DNA of 64,000 nt, taken from the NCBI GenBank assembly GCA_951406725.2, contig OX597832.1:48670001-48734000 (forward strand), in the 5' to 3' direction. The DNA is from Octopus vulgaris (lineage: Eukaryota). Below the pieces are notes generated by a model, which worked only from the letters and a program-made list of their open reading frames with translations, ran no database searches and was not told where the DNA came from. Below, in pieces: positions 53,290 through 64,000 of the stretch. A program made the translations under genes and the position numbers. Within the stretch, counting starts at the first letter, position 1. Every line of letters starts with the position of its first letter.

Positions 53290-53820
53290 GAGTGAGAGAG
53301 CAGTGCATGCCATCAAAGTGACACTGGGGTAAAATATACGAAGCCCAGTATACCCATCATAACTACCCGTCTGATAAGGGTACACTAGGCACATGCATCA
53401 CAACCATATCTGCGCGACATGGTGATCTCATATCAAGATAAACAGCGCATGACCTTGCAGTTAGAATTTTCTTCGGGTCGAGTAGCCCGCACAAAAGGTC
53501 TCTGAATAAGGATTGTTTAAGGATGTTGAACGAACCACCCATGTTTCCAAAGGTGAATAATCCAAACCTCTAAGAATTCCTTCAACACACGGCTATGATA
53601 CTCCCCCACTACTTCTGCTCGTAATCAGAGATGCACATATTGTCAGTCACTAAGGGACATGATCAACTGGTTAAGGTCAAACAACTGACAAGCAAATCTG
53701 TGGCATTGAACAGAATATTTGCTGTAGCCCATCTTTTATACCAAGACAAAACAATGTACAGGATAACATTTCCAATCAGTTAAGATTGAGAGCCACTGTC
53801 TGGTACTGCATCAGGGCATT
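53290..53820 (-). mobile_element. Family F interspersed repeat, flanked by (TTA)n and (ATC)n
   Basis: Reverse complement of 16385-16925. Confidence 0.85.
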
Positions 53821-54660
53821 TTATCATCATCATCATCATCATCATCATTAAACATCAAAGACTCGCCTCTTGTCTCAAGGTATCATACGCGGCTTTGTTA
53901 AGAACCATAAACACTTATTCAACAGCGACTAAATCAACAACAAATGGGAATAAAGCAAAAAAAAAAACATTAAAAAGAAAAATATATTACAGTAGATAAT
54001 CTCTTAATGAGGGACATATGAATCAATAATGCAAACAGTAATAATTATACAGTAACATAATAGGAAGAGTAATATTAGCCGCCAGAAATATATTGTGATG
54101 ATATAATTAGTCAGAAATATTATATGTATATTTCGTAACAAATATTTTTCTACCATAAATGTTTTTAGTTCAAACCAACATAATAACTGATTCTATGTTC
54201 GTTGATTCCGATTTTGTAGTGAAGATGAAAGTCTGTCTTATTGAGTTTAATGTGTTATTTAGACAAAAGCAGATCAAAATTATATTACAATTTCATGTTT
54301 ATAACTTATGAGAATTGTTGAAAAGAGTGGAAAGCTAACAGCCTACAAATTTTGTGAAGCGAGTTAATTAGCGTTTGGAAACTGTTCGTCATTAATTTTA
54401 TTTATCTTGTAGCTTCGATGTCCGTTTTTTTGGCAATTAGTGTTATTTTCGAGTTTTGAGTTGCCTATCTACGAACGATCAGCTTTTGTATTTATTTGAA
54501 CCATTTACGTCAAACACACTGATGACGTTTGATTTTGATTTAAAACAGAACATGATATCTACCCACAAATCGAAACTGTCCTCAAACAGTCAAGACAGTG
54601 TTTCCCAACCTATTTCCTCCCCAGATCCCACTATAACTTTCCAGAAAAATATATGCCCCA

Positions 54661-55075
54661 AGGCGGCGAGCTGGCAGAAACGTTAGCACGCCGGGCAAAA
54701 TGCTCAGCGGTATTTCGTCTGCCGTTTCGTTCTGAGTTCAAATTCCGCAGAGGTCGACTTTACCTTTCATCCTTTCGGGGTCGATAAATAAAGTACCAGT
54801 TACGCACTGGAGTCGATGTAATCGACTTAATCCGTTTGTTTGTCCTTGTTTGTCCCCGCTGTGTGTAGCCCCTTGTGGGTAGTAAAGAAATAGGTATTCT
54901 GTCTGCCGTTACTTTCTGAGTTCAAATTCCGCCAAGGTCGACTTTGCCTTTCATCCTTTCGGGTCGATAAATTAAATACCAGTTACGCACTGGGGTCGAT
55001 GTCATAGAATTTACCCCTTTGTCTGTCCTTGTTTGTCCCCTCTATGCTTAGCCCCTTGTGGGCAACAAAGAACTA
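54661..55075 (+). mobile_element. SINE family B dimer with exact 18-bp TSD
   Basis: agaaaaatatatgcccca at 54643-54660 and 55076-55093. Confidence 0.93.
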
Positions 55076-55369
55076 AGAAAAATATATGCCCCACGCATGG
55101 TTGAAAAAAAAAGTAAACAATATTTTAAAATATTTTATCACAGTTAAGATCGGAGAGGTGGATGACGGTTAACACGCTGGGAAAAATATTTAGCGGCATT
55201 TCGTTCGTATTTACGTCTTGAGTTCAAATTCCGCCAAGAGCCCACTTGCCTTTCATCTTTCCAGGGTCGAGAGAAGTACCAGTTGATCACTGGGGTGCTC
55301 CCCTCTTCAAAATAGCTGGCCATGTGCCAAAAATTCGAAATCAATATTTTATCACAATTATTATTTCAT

Positions 55370-55625
55370 GTGGAGGTGCATGGCTTAGTGGTTAGGGTGT
55401 CAGCACCATGATCGTAAGATTGTGGTTTCGTATTCCTGGACCGGGCGACGCGTTGTGTTCTTGAGCAAAACACTTCATCTTTCACGTTGCTCCAGTCCAC
55501 TCAGCTGGCAAAATTGAGCGACACTGCGATGGACTGGCGTCCCGTCCAGCTGGGGAACACATACGCCATAGAAACCGGGAAACCGGGCCCATGAGCCTGA
55601 CTAGGCTTTAAAAGGGTGCATTTAT
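55370..55625 (+). mobile_element. SINE family E, full length (tRNA head, CORE-like and V-domain-like segments)
   Basis: A box tggcttagtgg; ttcttgagcaaaacacttc; ctgcgatggactggcgtcccgtccag; tail shared with family D. Confidence 0.9.
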
Positions 55626-56239
55626 GTACTTTATTCTGTTATTGAAGAATTGCATTTTTTACGGAAACATACTGGGCCAGATTCCAACAACCTACACAAC
55701 GGAAGAGTTTATATCAATACTAAAAGCTAACTAGATAGTCGTCGCCTACACAGCTGTGAACAACATTAAGTTATGATACCCACATATTAAATGGACTGGG
55801 TCTGTGACGATTATATGGCTTGTCAGTACAAGACATATATCTTGGCAGATTTTCCTCATCCTGTCACCTCCACTGTCCGCGTTCTTTTTGCATGAGCAAT
55901 AAACCAATTTATATTGCAGCTATTACTATAGTTTTCGTTTATGTTGTTATTGATTTAGTTGCAGTGGTGTACTACTGTTAGTTTTCCAACTTTAATCTCA
56001 TTTGTTTGCCAAGTAATAAAAAAACATAAAGGTTTATTCTTCCGGAAGATTTATGATTATTAAATCATAATATCTCTTGTTGCTAAGAATGACATAGCGT
56101 TCAGATAAATTATTTTAAAAGAAAATTTCCAATCTAAAGTGTTCACTGGCCGGAATTACATCCTGGAAGTCACTAATGAGAAATTATCAAGTTAGTGATT
56201 TGTGTATGAAATAGAGCATATCTCCGCGTCTTTACATAA

Positions 56240-56278
56240 CTATATATTTATAGACGTATGTATCACGTGCGTATTATA

Positions 56279-56335
<57 letters not shown>

Positions 56336-56442
56336 TATACATATATATACATATATATACATATATACATATATATATATACATACATATATATATATAA
56401 ATATATGCATATATATATGTATATATATATATATATTATGTA

Positions 56443-56510
<68 letters not shown>

Positions 56511-56512
56511 GT

Positions 56513-56580
<68 letters not shown>
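56240..56580. repeat. (TA)n microsatellite
   Basis: Directly visible. Confidence 0.95.
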
Positions 56581-56581
<1 letters not shown>

Positions 56582-57379
56582 TAGCAAAGTAATAAACTGA
56601 ACACTCATTAGGTGTTTGGAACCCAATCTCCGTTTTCCTGTGGTTTTGTTTGACAAGGTCAGGCCCGGTGCTCCCGAAGTTAATTTATTGTTATGAAAAC
56701 TGTAACATATGAAAGATGTAGATATTGAAAAGGGTGAAAAAAAACACGCGTGAAGTGAACTGAAGAGAAGTTGTAGCAACTAGCAACGAAGATAAGTAAT
56801 TGGGCCGCAAACTCGGCTAGCCGAGATAATTTACTGCTTCCTTAACGCAAAGCATTTCCGTGACAAAATGATAAAAGACGCTATGTGGCCGCTAGGTTAG
56901 CTAGAAACAACAACCAAATATATCCCAAATCACGCAAAGTGAAGGATACATTGAGGAATCTATTACGACATACGTTGTCTGAATAAAAATGGAGTAGTAC
57001 CGTTGTTTCGACAGAGCTCAAGTGAAATATTAATATTTATCATTTATTCAATAACATAAAGCAACCAACAGGTAGATTCGAAAGCCAGTCGGATAAAATT
57101 CTTAGCGACATTTTTTCCGGCTTTTTATATTCTTTGTCCAAATTCTGCCGAGGTCGACTTCGCCTTTCATCTTTTCGGGGTCGATAAAATCAGTACATAT
57201 TGAGTACTTCATTCTCTAAAACTAGCAGGCCTTGTGCAAAAATTCGAAATCATTAAAGGCAGCAAGCTGGTACAATCGTTAGCACGCCGATCAAAATGTT
57301 TAGTGGAACTTCTTCCGGTTGTTTATGTTCTGAGTTCAAATTCTGCTCAGATCGACTTTTCAGGTTTCAGTTTTTTAGT

Positions 57380-57595
57380 CATTTACTTGTTTCAGTCATT
57401 TGACTGTTGCCATGCTGGAGCACCGCCTTTTTTAGTCGAGCAAATCGACCTCAGGACTTATTCTATGTAAGCCTAGTACGTATTCTATCGGTCACTTTTG
57501 CCGAACCGCTAAGGTACGGGGACGTAAGTACACCAGCATCTGTTGTCAAGCAATGTTGGGAGCACAAGCACAGACACACAAACACACACACACAT
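57380..57595 (-). mobile_element. SINE family A 3' half
   Basis: ttacttgtttcagtcatttgactg..ccgaaccgctaag. Confidence 0.88.
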
Positions 57596-57736
57596 ATATA
57601 TATATATTGTTTATAAAAATATGTAAATAGATAAAAAGCATAATATAATAAAAGCAACGACGACGACGACGACGAAGCCTAGAGTAGAAAAGAAAAATAA
57701 ATAAAGAAATAAAGAAACAAATAAACAAATAAATAA

Positions 57737-57916
57737 ATATTAAGCTTGTTACGAGGATAGTTTTAACGAAATTATCTCAAGATAATCGGAAAGAAGAGAA
57801 ATATTGTATGAAATCTCTTTAAAATCGTTTAATCCAAACGATATCATTCCCTAAATATAATCCTATTTAAAAATATCAAAGTATTGCATTGTCTCTCACA
57901 CAAACTACACTTCTGT
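57737..57916. other. Second copy of the non-coding block at 1187-1369
   Basis: Same orientation, offset 56550 bp; TAATCC at 57830 and 57858. Confidence 0.8.
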
Positions 57917-57934
57917 TATGTATGTACGTATATA

Positions 57935-57974
57935 TAATAATAATAATGATAACAATAATAATAATGATAATAAA

Positions 57975-58006
<32 letters not shown>

Positions 58007-58043
58007 TAATAATAATAATAATAATAATAGCAATAATAATAAT

Positions 58044-58074
<31 letters not shown>

Positions 58075-58131
58075 ATAATAGTAATAATAGTAATAATAAT
58101 AATAATAATATTAATAGTAATAATAATAATG

Positions 58132-58192
<61 letters not shown>
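57935..58192. repeat. (AAT)n microsatellite
   Basis: Directly visible. Confidence 0.95.
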
Positions 58193-58334
58193 GTGACAAC
58201 AAAAAAATAAGACCTCGATATTAGATAAATACAGGATTATTTATATGTTATAATTTAGAACAAACAGTAAGTTGTAATTATAGTACTCAGAGTTTCGAAT
58301 GTCGGAGCGAAGAGCTGCGATGCATTCTCGTCGG

Positions 58335-58490
58335 CTATCAATGACCACGAGATTGCACCTAGAGAATTCCCCTCCGGGGCACAAGTCCCGGCAAGGTTGT
58401 TTATGGAAGACTAGCAGCCGTCCATGCATACCAGCTTCTTCTCTCCACGCCACTGATGTTATTCAAGGTAAAGGCCGACACAGCTTGGAG
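58335..58490 (-). mobile_element. 3' half of SINE E'
   Basis: gcaaggttgtttatggaagac..ctctccacgccac.gatgtt matches the 45340 copy. Confidence 0.8.
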
Positions 58491-58861
58491 TAAATCGAGC
58501 AGCCACATCAAAGTTTAAACCCCATCCGAATTCTCAGCTAGCTGGTTTTCGGATCCAGCTCTGCATCCTTTATATACGATATATGTACCATGGGCTTCTA
58601 CGCATTTTGCGCCCGACAAATTCAATGACAAGACATTCCTCGGGCCCTAATATATAGCAAAAGGTATTTTGCCAAAGTGCCACTCAGTGGGACTGAAACT
58701 GAGCTCAAATAGTCGCGAAGTGTATTTCTTAAGCACACGGGCCTGCCCACACCTATTAAATTCGTACGCTTTGTAACAAACTAGCTGTTATTTTTAGTAG
58801 ATTATACGGTCATGTATATGTTCATTCGTAGTTTCTTGTGAGGGACAGTAATATAAGTGGA

Positions 58862-58898
58862 TATTATTATTATTATCATTATTATTATTATTATTATT

Positions 58899-58934
<36 letters not shown>

Positions 58935-58978
58935 GCTGCTGCTGTTGTTGTTGTTGTTGTTGTTGCTGCTGCTGCTGC

Positions 58979-59059
<81 letters not shown>

Positions 59060-59064
59060 CATCA
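58862..59064. repeat. (ATT)n/(GTT)n/(GCT)n microsatellite
   Basis: Directly visible. Confidence 0.95.
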
Positions 59065-59495
59065 ATTTTTTAAAAATAAAATATGGTCCGTTGTCTTCTG
59101 CTGAACCAGGGTCATCCCTTGACCCTAGAGTACACGGCGTAAAATGTGTGCGGAGCCTAGCAACGCTATTTTCTGAAGTTCTCCCACGTTAACACGGCAA
59201 GGGAGTTTCTTGAGCTGTTTATCAAGGCCCTTTTTAATTAGCCCTAACGCTCCAATCACCACTGGTGCTGTGCTGCTTTTCATTCCCCACATTTTGGTCA
59301 CTTCTATTTCTTGGTCTTTGTACTTAAATAACTTCTCAACTTCTTTAATGGACACATTTCTCTCTGATGGTACTGTCACATCTATCATTAAGCATTTCTT
59401 ATTCTTCCAATCTTTGATGATTTTGTCCGGCCTGTTTGCCTTGATTTATTTACCGCTGTTGATTGGCATGTCCCAGAGTACTGTTACATCATCTT
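59065..59495 (-). mobile_element. R4/Dong-like retrotransposon fragment with the restriction-like endonuclease domain
   Basis: VLWDMPI..*IKANRPDKII..KCLMIDVTVPSERNVSIKEVEKLFKYKD..VVIGALG..LQKIALLGSAHILRRVL*; PD..D..K..KY motif. The 3' end abuts (AAT)n. Confidence 0.9.
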
Positions 59496-59942
59496 TTCCG
59501 GCCGAGATCTACTTGCCTGTCATCTTTTCGAGTTCGATAAAATAAGTACCAGTTTAGGATTGGGGTCGATGTAATCAACCTATGCCCGCCTCTAAAATTG
59601 CTGCCCTTGTGGCAAAATTTGAAACGATTAATATTATTATTAAAATATAAGAGCCATGTGTGTGAATAACTTCCTTAATATTAGCAGGATGAACATCTAG
59701 CATCCCACTTCTATGCAGTTTTGCTTTAGTTTGCCAATGCTTATATGTCAAGCATATTAGAAGCTAAAGAATGAAAAACGGAGAAACGATAAAGACACCA
59801 AAATTTGATTAAATCTCTGATTTCAACGAACAATTCTATGAAATTTTGTAAATACTACGTAACTTTGATGTATATTGGTTGTTGCTGTTTTTTAGGGAGA
59901 GTGAGGAAAACAGAGAGTGAAAGACAGACTGAAACAGTAGGG

Positions 59943-59977
<35 letters not shown>

Positions 59978-60079
59978 GGAGGAAGAAAACTATAGAGAGA
60001 AAGAGAGATCAATGGACATTTATAATTTATAATTCAATAACTATACTGAATGATAGCTATATTCAGTATACTTCCAAAC

Positions 60080-61290
<1,211 letters not shown>

Positions 61291-61994
61291 TTATTTTCGT
61301 TCATGAGGTCAAATTTTATCGAAACCGAAGTGGCCTTTTATTCCTGTGACGTCGATGGAAATAATGCAGTTAAAATGCATCTACCGTCTATCCATTATTT
61401 CTATAATAATGTTCATTCTCATAGTCAAAAGAAATCACTATTACCAGCAAAAAAAGTAAAGAAACATAAAATAAACAAAAAAAAACAGACATTGTAGAAT
61501 CATTTCCATTTATGTACGAACAAATTGTGTACATTTTGTGAAAAATGAATAACTAAAAGGAACTTTTGAACTTAATGATTTGGCTGTTGGTATGTCTGCT
61601 GCTGTTTGACGCTAGATCGTCTAATGACTGAACAGGCCTATGGAAAAACGATTTTCCCGTTTATTTATGGGTATGCTAGAGATCTGTTTCCTTGAGACCT
61701 GTCCGTTTTAAAGATAATAGAATTGAATTCAAAGATTGAGGAAGAAAATGTTTGGGCAATATCCACATTCTCAGTTAGCTACTTTCAGGAATCCTGCCCC
61801 TATAGAGTCCTGATAGGACCCTATAGAGAATGTCTTTGAGGACTCTGCCCCCACGATGGTACAATGGATAGATGAATTACACTGTAACCGATTTTTGTCC
61901 TTCGGTAGCAACTGTTATTTCCTATTTGCTTACCTCTAGAAAGTATGAAAAACGGCTAATATTTCCTTCAAACTCTGCTTTTGTTACATATATT

Positions 61995-62155
61995 CAAACC
62001 AAAGAATCTCCCTCAACACATGGCTATGATGCCTGCCCCCACTGCTCCTGCTCATGATCAGAGGTGCACATATTGTCAGTCACTAAGTAACTTGCTCTAG
62101 TAGTTAGGGTCAAGCAAATGACAAGTAAATCTATGGTATTGAGCAGAATATTTGC
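61995..62155 (-). mobile_element. Fragment of family F-related repeat
   Basis: ccctcaacacatggctatgatg..gatcagaggtgcacatattgtcag..gagcagaatatttgc. Confidence 0.75.
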
Positions 62156-63219
62156 AATACCGATATTTCTGCTTCAGCAACCCAGCATTCAATCTGTCTG
62201 AAATGTAATGGAAAAATAGGTCTGTTTCAAAGCATTGATGTCCAGATTACAAAAGCAAAGTTTGAAGGGAACAGTAATCGTTTCCTTTGATTTCTAGATA
62301 GAAGAAGATAAGAACACTTGTTGAATAAAGACAAAAAAAAATTATTACATAATATTATTTAACTATTTCTTTTTGATTTTCATATGTTTGTTCAAAGTAA
62401 CCGAATAGTCGAAAAGAAACTTATGACTTCTACTCTTACGGAAACATTACTTAACTTAGGCGCTCACACAATCCAGGTAAAAAGCAATCAGTTACGATAC
62501 GTTCGTATGTCGAAGAATAACTTTATATTACGTCTAACACAACGATATATTCATGTCTTGTCAAAGCCCTAGGCATTCAACCAATACTATAGACATCGCT
62601 GTAGATAACGCGGTACGCACTACCAGATCTTTAGGAGTCAGTTTTTTTGTTTTATTTCGATTTTCATTATCATTTTCTGTGACCTTTTTATTGCTTCTAT
62701 AAAGCCCTCTCTTCTCGAAGCAGACCGTACTGATTCTTTCGAGCAGACCTTTTCAGTTAACCTTGCTTCCTCTCATCTCTCTTCTTTTGTATAATTTTCA
62801 CACACCTCACGCTGATCACAGCGTCCAGTCTTTCCTTTTTCCAGAACGTCTACTCTCTAGAATTCTGTTTCTATTCATGCCTTTTCTGCAGATCTTATCC
62901 TATAAAAGGGTCAAGAGGCACATTAGTAGTATCAGTCTTGCTTGCTCAGGAGGACCTGTAAGGATTGTGGGGACCGAGAAATTAAATGAAAATCTTAAGT
63001 TAGTTTACACGGTTGCTTTATTTGCAAGAAATAGCTGCTGAACCATAATCGAATTATATAATATTTTCGTCTTAACATAATGAATGATCGAGGGGACACA
63101 CTTTTGCCTGTTTTAGTCATTGGGTCGCGGCCATGCTAGAACACTGCTTGAGTATGAAGGGGAATAATATGAAGGCAGAGGTTGAAGAAAAAAATTCAAC
63201 GAAAATGAGATCAGGATAG

Positions 63220-63620
63220 TAGGAAGAAGAAGAAGAGGAGGAGGATTAGAGGAGGAAGAAGAAGGGGATAACAAGAGGAAGGAAGACGGGAGGAAGTGGT
63301 GGTGATGGAAGAGAAGGTGGAAGATGGTGGAGGAGGAGTTGGAGGAAGAGGAAGAGGTAGAGGTGGAGGCGGAGGAGGTGAGCATGCGGTGGAGGAGGAG
63401 GGAGAGGGGGGAGGAGAAGGAAAAGGAAGAGGTAGTGGTGGTGGTGGCAGTGGTGGAAGGGGAGGTGGTGGTGGTGAGGTGGAGGAAGAGGAGGAGAAGG
63501 AAGGGAGAAGAAGAAGAAAGAGGAGGAGAAAGAGGGAGAAGAAGAAGAAGAAGAAGAAGAAGAAGAAGAAGAAGAAGAAGAATGAAGGAATGAATGAATG
63601 AATGAATGAATGAATGAATG
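63220..63620. repeat. Purine-rich (GGA/GAA/GGT)n low-complexity tract and (TGAA)n
   Basis: Directly visible. Confidence 0.9.
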
Positions 63621-64000
63621 AATTCTGAAAACTGACGTGTGAGATTATTTTCGATAAATACAACAAATATGGCGATATAAAGAAAGAAATAAAACACTGT
63701 TTAATCCAAGCAAACAAAAGAAAAACAATATAAATCGATAACATTCTAAGAAACTACAGCGGTGTTGTATACTGAATAATATATCATCTGTTGTATATAC
63801 TATGTACACAGACTGCACTGTCAACTAAGAAACATTGTTATCACAGAAAGAGTATTCAAACGATGTTTTTCAGTGATAATGATGTCACTATTCTTTTAAT
63901 GTTTAATGAGTTTGAAGTTACAAAATACCTGACGAAATCTTGCAGATTATATAGCAGCATTGAGTTATTTTTTTGATGACTAAGGTACACGATTCTCAGT

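Noticed and set aside
63113-63744. Pro/Ser/Glu/Gly-rich ORFs of 89-194 aa
   Set aside because: Low-complexity purine tract, open on both strands, with no splice or domain evidence.

Overview
AT-rich animal genomic DNA, very rich in microsatellites and retroposons. The repeat families look like those of an octopus (coleoid cephalopod); this is recognition from memory, not a database match. I find no host protein-coding exon, so the window is probably intronic or intergenic. Almost all ORFs in the track are translations of (TA)n, (TATG)n, (TATC)n, (AAT)n or SINE sequence. The only real coding remnants belong to transposons: an RTE 3' end, three R4/Dong-like restriction-like-endonuclease (RLE) 3' ends, two CR1-group pieces, mariner C-termini, and possible Ginger and I-like relics. 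At least five tRNA-derived SINE families (my labels A-E) share swapped modules, and several MITEs are nested in them. Most notable: (1) hammerhead-ribozyme motifs of Penelope-like type, one apparently part of a tRNA-headed SINE-like element (31575-31974) and one with all three stems (31222-31272); (2) SINE-B multimers with the same precise junction at seven loci; (3) a ~180-bp non-coding block with two TAATCC motifs, repeated 56.5 kb apart.
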